Shown one piece after another: positions 56,131 to 64,000 of a DNA stretch of 64,000 nucleotides. The translations under genes were made by a program, and so were the position numbers. Each line of letters opens with the position of its first letter. Position 1 is the stretch's first letter. The stretch spans positions 112,399 to 176,398 of the forward strand of contig JBBDXE010000032.1 in the NCBI GenBank assembly GCA_040902505.1, in the 5' to 3' direction. The notes beneath the pieces are model-generated. The model searched no databases and was not told where the DNA came from. It saw only the letters and a program-made list of their open reading frames with translations. The stretch is from Dehalococcoidia bacterium. GTDB lineage: Bacteria; Chloroflexota; Dehalococcoidia; DSTF01; JACRBR01.

Positions 56131-57130
56131 CCTGGTCGCCAAGCGCAACTGGTTCTACGCGATCTCGGTGCTGGCCCTGATTCCGGGCGCCATCTCTCTG
56201 ATGGTGCCGCCGCGACTGAAGGCGGGCATCGAGTTCACCAGCGGCACCACGTTCGCGTTCCGGTACGCGGAGCCGGCCACGTCGGAGCAGGTGAAGGACC
56301 TGATCGACGGGCTCGGGCACCCGGAAGCGCGGGTGCAGCGCACGGGCGAGGGCCAGTTCCTGATACAGACAAAAGAAGTGGAGGGCTCGACGAGCACGCC
56401 GCCCGTCGGGCCGGCGATCCCCTCCGAGCGGGAGCGCCTTGAAGCGGAGCTGGGGGGGCAATTCGGCGGGTTCCTCGATACGAGCGGCCAGCCGGCCACG
56501 CAGTTCATCGAATTCTCCACGGTTTCCGCGGCGGTCTCGCGCGACATCGGCCGCAACGCCGGATACGCGGTCCTGGCCGCCGCGGCGGCGATCGCGCTGT
56601 ATATCTCGTGGTCGTTCCGCAACGTGCCGAACTCGATGCGGTACGGCGTCTCCGCGATCATCGCGCTGGTGCACGACGTGATCCTGGTCGTCGGCATCTT
56701 CTCGATCCTGGGGAAGATCTTCGACATCGAAGTCAACACGTTCTTTATCACGGGGCTGCTGACCGTCGTGGGCTTCAGCGTGCACGACTCGATCGTGGTG
56801 TTCGACCGCATCCGCGAGAATGTGGCTCGCGGAGCCATTCGCAGCTTCCCGGACGCCGTGAACCACAGCCTGCTGCAGACGATGGGGCGCTCGTTCAACA
56901 CGTCGCTCACGCTGATCTTCTCGATCCTGGCGTTGCTCCTGCTGGGTGGCGGGAGCATCCGCGACTTCCTGCTGGTGCTGCTGATCGGGATTTCGACGGG
57001 GACGTACAGTTCGGTGTTCATCGCCAGCATGCTGCTGGTCACGTGGCAACAGGGCGACATCCCGCGCTTCTGGCGGAGGATCACCGGCCGCAAGCCAGCC
57101 CCACATGCCGCCGAAGGCATCGCCGACTGA
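56123..57130 (+). CDS. secF: protein translocase subunit SecF
   Basis: GIEFTSGTTF ... GFSVHDSIVVFDRIREN. Overlaps secD by 8 nt. Confidence 0.93.
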   Translation: MRNLVAKRNWFYAISVLALIPGAISLMVPPRLKAGIEFTSGTTFAFRYAEPATSEQVKDLIDGLGHPEARVQRTGEGQFLIQTKEVEGSTSTPPVGPAIPSERERLEAELGGQFGGFLDTSGQPATQFIEFSTVSAAVSRDIGRNAGYAVLAAAAAIALYISWSFRNVPNSMRYGVSAIIALVHDVILVVGIFSILGKIFDIEVNTFFITGLLTVVGFSVHDSIVVFDRIRENVARGAIRSFPDAVNHSLLQTMGRSFNTSLTLIFSILALLLLGGGSIRDFLLVLLIGISTGTYSSVFIASMLLVTWQQGDIPRFWRRITGRKPAPHAAEGIAD

Positions 57131-57217
57131 CCGGCGGCATCCGCTCCGTCGTGCACGACCGCTTCATCACGCGACCCAACCCCGGCCCCTTCCCTGAAGG
57201 CAAGGGGAGAGTTTAGT

Positions 57218-58264
57218 GTGGCGTTCATGGCTGAACGTCCCGTTGGATTCGCGTATGACGCACTGTTCCTCGAACACGACACGGGTGAGCACCCGGAGAA
57301 CCCGCGCCGGCTGACGGCGACGATGGCGCTGCTCGAAGAGAGCGGCATCCTCGGGCGGTTGCGGCGCGTTGACGCACGCGACGCGACGCCGGATGAGCTG
57401 GCGCTGGTGCACGACCCGGCCTACGTCGAGGGCGTGCGGCGGGTGGCGGGGCGGGGCGGAGGGTGGGCCGACCCCGACACGCTCATCACGGCACGATCGT
57501 ACGATGTCGCGGCGCGAGCGACGGGCGCAGCACTCGCGGGGCTCGACGCGGTCATCGACGGCGAGGTGTCATCAGCGTTCTGCCTGGTGCGGCCGCCGGG
57601 ACATCACGCCACGCCGGTGCAGGCGATGGGGTTCTGCCTGTTCAACCACGTCGCGGTCGCGGCGGCCTACGCGCGGGCGCGTCATGGCCTCGAACGGGTG
57701 GCGATCGTCGACTTCGACGTGCACCACGGCAACGGGACGCAGGACGCGTTCTACGCCGACCCCGGCGTGCTCTACATCTCGACACACGAGTATCCGTTCT
57801 ATCCGGGCACCGGCGCCGCGCACGAGACCGGGGCCGGCGACGGGCGCGGCTACACCATCAACATTCCGCTGCCGGCCGGTTGCGGCGACGCGGAGTACCG
57901 GCGGGCATTCGGGGAGGCCGTGTTGCCGGCGCTGGAGCGCTACCGGACGGAGCTCATCATCGTTTCGGCGGGCTTCGATGCGCACTTCGCCGACCCGCTG
58001 GCGCTAATGGAGCTGAGCGTCGACGGCTACGGCGCGCTCGTCTCGATGCTCATGCAGGCAGCGACGGCGCTCTGCGGCGGGTCGCTCCTGCTTGCGCTTG
58101 AAGGCGGCTACGACCTCGTAGCGCTGCCGTGGTGCGTACGCCGTACGCTGGAGTTGCTGCTCGGCGATGCGCCTGCGGCCGACCCGCTCGGCACGATCGT
58201 GTCGCCGGAGGCGCCGCGCATCGACGAGATCCTGCGTCAGGTCCGAGAGCTGCACGGCCTCTGA
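57218..58264 (+). CDS. histone deacetylase-family (AcuC/acetylpolyamine amidohydrolase-like) protein
   Basis: RPPGHHA, DFDVHHGNGTQ, EGGY motifs. Confidence 0.88.
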   Translation: MAFMAERPVGFAYDALFLEHDTGEHPENPRRLTATMALLEESGILGRLRRVDARDATPDELALVHDPAYVEGVRRVAGRGGGWADPDTLITARSYDVAARATGAALAGLDAVIDGEVSSAFCLVRPPGHHATPVQAMGFCLFNHVAVAAAYARARHGLERVAIVDFDVHHGNGTQDAFYADPGVLYISTHEYPFYPGTGAAHETGAGDGRGYTINIPLPAGCGDAEYRRAFGEAVLPALERYRTELIIVSAGFDAHFADPLALMELSVDGYGALVSMLMQAATALCGGSLLLALEGGYDLVALPWCVRRTLELLLGDAPAADPLGTIVSPEAPRIDEILRQVRELHGL

Positions 58265-58301
58265 TCGTCGCGCGCGCATCGGGCAGGCGATACCCTGAGG
58301 C

Positions 58302-59768
58302 ATGACCGTACGCACGCGCTACGCGCCGAGCCCGACCGGCGGGCCGCACATCGGGAACATCCGCACGGCGCTGTTCTCGTGGCTGCTGGCGCGGCATCAC
58401 GGCGGTCAGTTCCTGCTGCGCATCGAGGATACGGACCAGAAGCGCTACGACCCGGCGGCGGTCGATCTCATCATCGAGGGGCTGGCGTGGCTGGGACTCG
58501 ACTACGACGAGGGGCCGGGCATCGGCGGGCCCTACGCGCCGTACGTGCAGTCGGAGCGGCGGGAGCTGTACCGGGCGGCGGCCGACCGGCTGCTGGCGCA
58601 GGGCGACGCGTACGAGTGCTGGTGCTCCTCGGAGCGGCTCGACGCCCTCCGCGCCGAGCAGACGCGGAAGAAGCTGCCGCCGAAGTACGACCGCCGCTGC
58701 CGCGACGAAGCCGGGCGCGCTGCTTCTCGCGGGGAGGCGGAGGCCGAAGCCCGCTCGTGCGTCGTGCGCTTCGCCACGCCGCTCTCCGGCGCGATCACGC
58801 TGCATGATGCTGTCCGCAGCGACGTCACGTTCGATCTCGCCACGCTCGACGACTTCGTGATTCTCAAGTCCGACGGTTACCCGACGTACCACCTGGCGTA
58901 CATGGTGGATGACGAGATCATGCGCATCTCGCACGTACTGCGGGGAGAGGAGTGGCTCTCGTCCACCCCGCGGCACCTGCTGCTGTACGGCGCGCTGAGG
59001 TTCGAGCCGCCGGTGATCGCGCACCTGCCGGTGATCCTGGGGCCGGACGGCTCGAAGCTAAGCAAGCGTCACGGGGCCACCAGCGTCTTCGAGTATCGCG
59101 ATCAGGGGTTCCTTCCGGAGGCGTTGTTCAACTTCCTGGGACTGGTTGGCTGGTCGCTCGACGACAAGACGGAGATCCTTTCGCGGGAGGAGTTCGTCCA
59201 GCACTTCTCGCTGGAGCGGGTGGTGCGCAACCCGGCGGTGTTCAATGTCGAGAAGCTGGCGTGGATGAACGGCGTGTACATCCGCGAGATGCCGCTCGAC
59301 CAGCTGGCGGAGCGAATCGCCGATCGGCTGGAGCGCGACCTCCCCGCGAATGTCCCGCGCCCGGTCGACCGGGGCCTGGTCGCGCGCATCACGCCGCTGA
59401 TCCGTGAGCGCATCAAGCTGCTCTCGGAGGTCGTGGACTATACAGACTTCTTCTTCACCGACGAGCTTCGCTACAGCGTCGAGGACCTGCTGGGGAAGGC
59501 GTACCGCGAGCGGCCTGCGGACGCCCGCGAGGCGCTGGGCCGCGCGACCGACGCGGTGTCCGCGCTCGACACGTGGTCACACGATGGGTTGGAGGCGGCG
59601 CTGCGCGCACTGGCGGAGGAGAGGGGCATGAAGGCGGGCGACCTGTTCTCGGTGGTGCGGGTGGCGGTGACGGGGCGTCGCATCACGCCCCCGCTGTTCG
59701 AGAGCATGGAGATCCTGGGCCAAGAGCGCTGCCTGCGGCGGCTGCGCGAGGCGGCGGAAAAGCTGTGA
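58302..59768 (+). CDS. gltX: glutamate--tRNA ligase
   Basis: RYAPSPTGGPHIGNIRTALF (HIGH) and KLSKRHG (KMSKS). Confidence 0.95.
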   Translation: MTVRTRYAPSPTGGPHIGNIRTALFSWLLARHHGGQFLLRIEDTDQKRYDPAAVDLIIEGLAWLGLDYDEGPGIGGPYAPYVQSERRELYRAAADRLLAQGDAYECWCSSERLDALRAEQTRKKLPPKYDRRCRDEAGRAASRGEAEAEARSCVVRFATPLSGAITLHDAVRSDVTFDLATLDDFVILKSDGYPTYHLAYMVDDEIMRISHVLRGEEWLSSTPRHLLLYGALRFEPPVIAHLPVILGPDGSKLSKRHGATSVFEYRDQGFLPEALFNFLGLVGWSLDDKTEILSREEFVQHFSLERVVRNPAVFNVEKLAWMNGVYIREMPLDQLAERIADRLERDLPANVPRPVDRGLVARITPLIRERIKLLSEVVDYTDFFFTDELRYSVEDLLGKAYRERPADAREALGRATDAVSALDTWSHDGLEAALRALAEERGMKAGDLFSVVRVAVTGRRITPPLFESMEILGQERCLRRLREAAEKL

Positions 59769-59833
59769 GCGGCTTCGGATCAGGGGTCTTCCCGTTGTCG
59801 GCCTCAGAATGCCCGTGCTAAGATCAGGCGCAC

Positions 59834-59907
59834 TGGGGATTCGTCTAACGGTAGGACAGCGGACTCTGGATCCGTATGTGGGGGTTCGAATCCTCCATCC
59901 CCAGCCA
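59834..59907 (+). tRNA. tRNA-Gln (anticodon CTG), CCA encoded
   Basis: Hand-folded cloverleaf. Acceptor TGGGGAT/ATCCCCA, anticodon arm GCGGA-CTCTGGA-TCCGT, T arm GGGGG-TTCGAAT-CCTCC, then GCCA. Confidence 0.85.
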
Positions 59908-59910
59908 TCC

Positions 59911-59987
59911 GGCGCATTCGTCTAGCGGCCCAGGACACCGCCCTCTCAAGGCGGAGATCGCGGGTTCGAATCCCGCATGCGCTACCA
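59911..59987 (+). tRNA. tRNA-Glu (anticodon CTC), CCA encoded
   Basis: Acceptor GGCGCAT/ATGCGCT, D arm GTCTAGCGGCCCAGGAC, anticodon arm CCGCC-CTCTCAA-GGCGG, T arm GCGGG-TTCGAAT-CCCGC, then ACCA. Confidence 0.85.
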
Positions 59988-60000
59988 GCAGACACCGAAC

Positions 60001-60024
60001 AGGCCGGGCACCAACGCCCGGCCT
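60001..60024 (+). terminator. terminator-like hairpin after the tRNA pair
   Basis: AGGCCGGGC-ACCAAC-GCCCGGCCT, perfect 9-bp stem, followed by ATCGTCGTC. Confidence 0.5.
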
Positions 60025-60110
60025 ATCGTCGTCCCCTCGTAGACTCGCATCCCGCCATGCGGTACCGTCGCAACTACCGGCGCGCTGGAGCCGCCGGCTG
60101 TGAGGAAGCA

Positions 60111-61688
60111 ATGCGCGTCCCTCTTCTCATCGGCGACTTCCTGCGACGGGCAGCGAAGCTGTACCCGGACAAGACCGCCATCATCGATGGCGAGCGGCGC
60201 TTTACGTACCTCGAGTTCCAGCAGCGGGCGAACCGGCTCTCGCACGCGCTGGTCCGCCTCGGGGTGCAGGCGGGCGACCGGGTCTGCATCCTGAGCCCCA
60301 ACTCGCACTTCTTCCTCGAGAGCTACTACGGGGTGGCGCAGATCGGCGCCATCATCGTGCCGCTGAACTACCGGCTGGCGGCGGCCGACCACGAGTACAT
60401 CATCAACCACGCGGGGGTGACCGTGGTGCTCGTCGACCATGAGTACGTGCCGGTCGTCGACGGGATCCGGGCGCAGCTCACGGCGGTCCAGCACTGGATC
60501 GTCGCCCAGGACGGCGGTGACGCGCCGGACGGCTGGACGGACTGGGAGCGCCTGATCGCCGGTGAGCCGGACACACCGGCGTCCCCGGCGGAGATCGACG
60601 AAGACGACGTGTTCTCCATCAACTACACGTCGGGCACGACCGCCCGTCCGAAGGGCGTGATGCTCACCCACCGGAACTGCTACATCAACGCCTACAACTT
60701 CATCGCCCACCTGCGCATCCAGCATGAGGACGTGGAGCTGTGGACGCTGCCGATGTTCCACGCCAGCGGGTGGGGCGGCCCGTTCGCGATCACAGCCATG
60801 GGGGGGACGCACGTCGTGCTGCGGGCGGTCGTCCCGGGTGACATCTACACGCTCATCGAGCGCCACGGCGTGACGTTTGCGTGCATGGCGCCGGCGGTGC
60901 TCAGCGCGATCCTCAACTACCCGGACAAGCAGGAGCACCGCATCACGACGCGGCCCCGCTTCACCATCGCCGGGGCGCCCCCGCCCGCGGCGTTCATCCA
61001 GCGGCTCGAGGAGGAGTTGGGGTGGGAGTTCATCCAGATCTACGGCCTGACCGAGACGTCGCCGATTCTGACCGTCTCGACGCCGGACGCGCACACGTCG
61101 AAGGACGATTATGCGCGGCGGGCGCGAGCGGGCGTCGAGGCCATCGGCACGGACATCCAGGTGCTCGACGACGACGCCCAGCCTGTACCGAAGGACGGGA
61201 CGACGATCGGCGAAGTCTGCGCCCGCTCGAACGTGGTGCTGAAGGGCTACTGGCTCCAGCCGGAGGAGACGGACGCGGCGATCTATGACGGCTACTTCCA
61301 CACCGGCGACCTGGCGGTGTGGGACGAGTTCTCGAACATCCACATCGTCGACCGCAAGAAGGACGTGATCATCTCCGGCGGCGAGAACATCAGCTCGCCG
61401 GAGATCGAGGACGCCCTGTACAAGCACCCGGCGGTGCTGGAGTGCGCGGTGGTGGGCGTGCCGAGCGAAACGTGGGGCGAGACGCCGAAGGCGCTCATCG
61501 TCCTGCGGGCGGAGATGCGGGCGACGGAGGAGGAGATCATCGCCTTCAGCCGGGAGCGGCTGGCGCACTTCAAGTGCCCGACGTCGGTGGAGTTCGTGGA
61601 CTCGTTGCCCCGGACGGTCACGGGCAAGCTGCAGAAGTTCCTGATCCGCGAGCGGTACTGGGCCGGGGCGACCCGGCGCGTGAACTGA
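60111..61688 (+). CDS. AMP-dependent acyl-CoA synthetase/ligase
   Basis: ATG at 60111 after GAGGAAG. YTSGTTARPKGV, GLTETS, HTGDLA..D, and GKLQKF at the C-terminus. Confidence 0.88.
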   Translation: MRVPLLIGDFLRRAAKLYPDKTAIIDGERRFTYLEFQQRANRLSHALVRLGVQAGDRVCILSPNSHFFLESYYGVAQIGAIIVPLNYRLAAADHEYIINHAGVTVVLVDHEYVPVVDGIRAQLTAVQHWIVAQDGGDAPDGWTDWERLIAGEPDTPASPAEIDEDDVFSINYTSGTTARPKGVMLTHRNCYINAYNFIAHLRIQHEDVELWTLPMFHASGWGGPFAITAMGGTHVVLRAVVPGDIYTLIERHGVTFACMAPAVLSAILNYPDKQEHRITTRPRFTIAGAPPPAAFIQRLEEELGWEFIQIYGLTETSPILTVSTPDAHTSKDDYARRARAGVEAIGTDIQVLDDDAQPVPKDGTTIGEVCARSNVVLKGYWLQPEETDAAIYDGYFHTGDLAVWDEFSNIHIVDRKKDVIISGGENISSPEIEDALYKHPAVLECAVVGVPSETWGETPKALIVLRAEMRATEEEIIAFSRERLAHFKCPTSVEFVDSLPRTVTGKLQKFLIRERYWAGATRRVN

Positions 61689-61720
61689 CATCGATCTATG
61701 ACGCCTGCCAGCCACAACAG

Positions 61721-62143
61721 ATGACGGAAACGTACACGAAGCCGCTGCCGCTGCCCGACGAGGAGTCCGCGCCGTTCTACGAGGGCGCCCGCCGCCACGA
61801 GTTGATGCTCATGCGCTGCCGGCGCTGCGGGGCCTGGCGGCTGCCTTCTCGGCCGCGCTGCCCGGACTGCTGGTCGACCGACACCGAGTGGGCGCAGGCG
61901 AGCGGGCGGGCCACGCTGTACAGCTTCGGGGTCATGCACCAGAAGCTCCATCCCGGGTTCGCCGAGGAGACGCCGTACCAGTTCGCCGTGGTCGAGCTGG
62001 AGGAGGGGCCGCGGATGGTCTCGGCCGTAACGGACGTCGCCGCGGATGAGCTGCGCGTCGGCATGGAGTTGGAGGCGGCGTTCGACGACGTATCGGACGA
62101 CGTGACGCTCATCCGTTTCCGCCCGGCAGCGAGCGTGTCGTGA
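61721..62143 (+). CDS. Zn-ribbon/OB-fold protein (DUF35 family)
   Basis: MTETYTKPLPLPDEESAPFYEGARRHELMLMRCRRCGAWRLPSRPRCPDCWS, then an OB-like region. Lies inside a longer ORF-track ORF that overlaps the ligase gene. Confidence 0.75.
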   Translation: MTETYTKPLPLPDEESAPFYEGARRHELMLMRCRRCGAWRLPSRPRCPDCWSTDTEWAQASGRATLYSFGVMHQKLHPGFAEETPYQFAVVELEEGPRMVSAVTDVAADELRVGMELEAAFDDVSDDVTLIRFRPAASVS

Positions 62144-62814
62144 CGTTCAGCATCATCGCCCGCGACCCGGGCAGCGCCGCGTTCGGGGTGGCCGTCTCGA
62201 CGGCGGTGCCTTGTGTCGGGGCGATCGTCCCGCACGCGAAGAGCGGCGTCGGCGCGATCGCGACGCAGTCGTACGCGAACGTGGCGTTGGGTCGGGAGGG
62301 GCTGCGGCTGCTGGAGCTGGGGCTGAGCCCTCGGGCTGCCCTCGAAGGGCTGCTCGCGGAGGATGTCGGCGCGCACCTGCGGCAGGTGGCGGGGATCGAT
62401 GCGAAGGGGCGCACGTTCGCGTACTCCGGGAAGGACTGCGTCGACTGGTACGGCAGCCGCGAGGGGCAGGATTACTCCGTGCAGGGCAACATGCTCGTCG
62501 GGCAGGCGACGGTGGACGCGATGGCGGAGGCGTTCGAGGGGAGCGCCGGCAAGTGGCTGGGGCTGCGGCTGATGGCGGCGCTGGAAGCGGGGCAGGCGGC
62601 CGGCGGTGACAAGCGGGGGCGGCAGTCGGCGGCGCTGCTGGTGACCCCGATGGTCATCGGCACGGGGGCGGAGCTGGACTTCGACCCGCGCCGCTACGAG
62701 ATGAACGTCCGGGTCGACGATCACGCGCAGCCGGTTGCGGAACTGCGCCGCATCTTCGACCTCATCCTCGACGAAGGGCGGCGCGCCGCCGCTACACCAG
62801 CCTCCACCGCCTGA
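62140..62814 (+). CDS. DUF1028 family (Ntn-hydrolase-like) protein
   Basis: (M)TFSIIARDPGSAAFGVAVSTAVPCVGAIVPHAKSGVGAIATQSYAN. The GTG start overlaps the upstream stop (GTGA). Confidence 0.7.
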   Translation: MTFSIIARDPGSAAFGVAVSTAVPCVGAIVPHAKSGVGAIATQSYANVALGREGLRLLELGLSPRAALEGLLAEDVGAHLRQVAGIDAKGRTFAYSGKDCVDWYGSREGQDYSVQGNMLVGQATVDAMAEAFEGSAGKWLGLRLMAALEAGQAAGGDKRGRQSAALLVTPMVIGTGAELDFDPRRYEMNVRVDDHAQPVAELRRIFDLILDEGRRAAATPASTA

Positions 62815-62815
62815 C

Positions 62816-62830
62816 GGCCTCTGTGAGGCC
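62816..62830. terminator. small hairpin between convergent genes
   Basis: GGCCTC-TGT-GAGGCC. Short, so weak support. Confidence 0.25.
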
Positions 62831-62837
62831 CTGTCGA

Positions 62838-64000
62838 CTACGGGGCATAGAACACCACTTCTCCGCGGGTATAGCCTTCGGTTTCGAGTCCCGCGGCTTG
62901 CTTCGAGAGCAGGTGGGTGTCACCGGCGCGCCAGTCGTACACCGGGCGGTACGTCAAGAGGGATCCGTCGACCTTCTGGGCGAGAGGCGCGTAGAACAGC
63001 GGCTCGCCCCGCTCGAAGCCCTCGGGTGCGTCCGCGCCGAACATCGTCTCCTCACCGCGGGTCCAGGCGTAGATGCGCGCGAAGCCCGGGAGGAGTACGT
63101 CGGACGCGTAGAAGGCGATGCCTTCATCAGCCCCGGACGGCGGGGTGACACCGTAGGTAACGGTGCCGTCGTCGGGGCGGTACTTGCGCACGGGCGTCGC
63201 CGGGCGCAGCTCCAGGGCCACGACGTCGTAGGTCGCGAGGCGGGTCAGGGTGAGGAAGATCGTCCGGCCGTCCTCCGAGGCCAGCTGCGGATGCTGATAC
63301 GGGCTGTAGCAGACGGGCACCGCGGGCTGGGCGAACGACGTGCAGTCCAGCCAGTCGACCGGCGCGCTCCAGGGGCCTTCGAGCCGGGCGGCCGTCCGGG
63401 CGACCAGCCGCGCCGCGCCGACGTTCACGATCGAGAGGTAGCGGCCGCCCGCATCGTCGTACGCGATCGTCCCGGCCGCCTCCTCCGAGACCAGTCTCTC
63501 GAGGTCTGATGACGCGGCTGCGATGGCCCATAGCGGGGCCGCACGCGCTTCGTCCGCGGTCCAGCCGTCGCCGTCCCAGAACTCGTACGCAGCAGCCTCG
63601 GCGATCTGGCCGGGCGATGCGCGGGCGAGGAGCCGATGCCCCGACTCCGTCTCCAGCACGAAGCGCAGGCGGCCATCGCTCCCGGCCTCGACGACCTGCG
63701 TCCCGATCACCTGCGAGCGAAAGCCGCTGTCGGCGTCCCAGAGCCGGCGGGCCAGCACCTCCGCAGTCATCGTGCGCGTATCGACGCGGGCGACGCCGAC
63801 CTCACCGATCCAGTAGTCGTACGGACCCTGTCCGTAGACGTACGTGGCGTAGACGAGGAAGGAGGCGTCATCGAGCGGCCAGGCGCCCGACGGCCAAACG
63901 GTGAGGGAGCCGTCCTTCTCGAGGAACGGCACGGCGCCAGAGGGGCCTGCGTGGTAAGTCAGCTGCGGGCAACCCCGGCCGGCCGGGACGGCGGACGAAG
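62838..64000 (-). CDS. hypothetical protein, possibly beta-propeller glycoside-hydrolase-like (DUF4185-like); 5' end outside the window
   Basis: The frame stays open from the ORF-track start (GTG at 63932) to nt 64000. YEFWDGDGWTADEA, GRYLSIVNVG and LEGPWSAPV resemble propeller-type hydrolase-like families. Assignment is from memory only. Confidence 0.4.
   Translation of the reverse strand, partial: SSAVPAGRGCPQLTYHAGPSGAVPFLEKDGSLTVWPSGAWPLDDASFLVYATYVYGQGPYDYWIGEVGVARVDTRTMTAEVLARRLWDADSGFRSQVIGTQVVEAGSDGRLRFVLETESGHRLLARASPGQIAEAAAYEFWDGDGWTADEARAAPLWAIAAASSDLERLVSEEAAGTIAYDDAGGRYLSIVNVGAARLVARTAARLEGPWSAPVDWLDCTSFAQPAVPVCYSPYQHPQLASEDGRTIFLTLTRLATYDVVALELRPATPVRKYRPDDGTVTYGVTPPSGADEGIAFYASDVLLPGFARIYAWTRGEETMFGADAPEGFERGEPLFYAPLAQKVDGSLLTYRPVYDWRAGDTHLLSKQAAGLETEGYTRGEVVFYAP

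Noticed and set aside
59982-61715. 577-aa minus-strand ORF
   Set aside because: It is antisense to the acyl-CoA synthetase gene (which has clear AMP-binding motifs) and overlaps the tRNA-Glu 3' end. The product is an R/D/H/P-rich shadow ORF.

Overview
This is 64 kb of high-GC bacterial chromosome. Hand counts of 60-nt lines in core genes give about 65-75% GC. About a third of the window (14.8-36.1 kb, minus strand) is one uninterrupted ribosomal supercluster: rpsL-rpsG-fusA, then the S10, spc and alpha operons, then truA-rplM-rpsI and a trailing methyltransferase gene. The rest is mostly housekeeping: murJ, nhaA, rpsT, lexA, holA, priA, rplS, def, cca, yajC-secD-secF, gltX with tRNA-Gln and tRNA-Glu, plus small metabolic and regulatory genes. 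The left edge cuts through a FlaJ/TadC-like pilus or archaellum platform gene. Gene content, zinc-type ribosomal proteins and Ala/Lys/Pro/Glu-rich ribosomal-protein tails suggest a Chloroflexota or Thermomicrobia-like organism, or another deep high-GC lineage (low confidence). The one clearly foreign region is a roughly 50-53% GC island at about 11.5-14.8 kb, between rpsT and the ribosomal supercluster. It carries a 701-aa fusion of a class III nucleotidyl cyclase, an uncharacterised middle domain and a HAD phosphatase. That gene is co-oriented with a 78-aa ORF and an RHS-core/transposase-tail chimeric remnant, and a peptidase M48 remnant lies on the island's left side. I regard the fusion as the best candidate for an undescribed signalling or defence module, but its function is entirely inferred. 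Other observations: GAAC-N4-GTTC LexA boxes upstream of lexA and of a SplB-like radical SAM gene; a 148-bp MITE-like element with 18-nt terminal inverted repeats; a bacterial deoxyhypusine synthase homologue; and a tandem-repeat tail on ribosomal protein S3. No rRNA genes, CRISPR arrays or intact transposases were seen. All calls come from reading motifs by eye, and no database search was possible.
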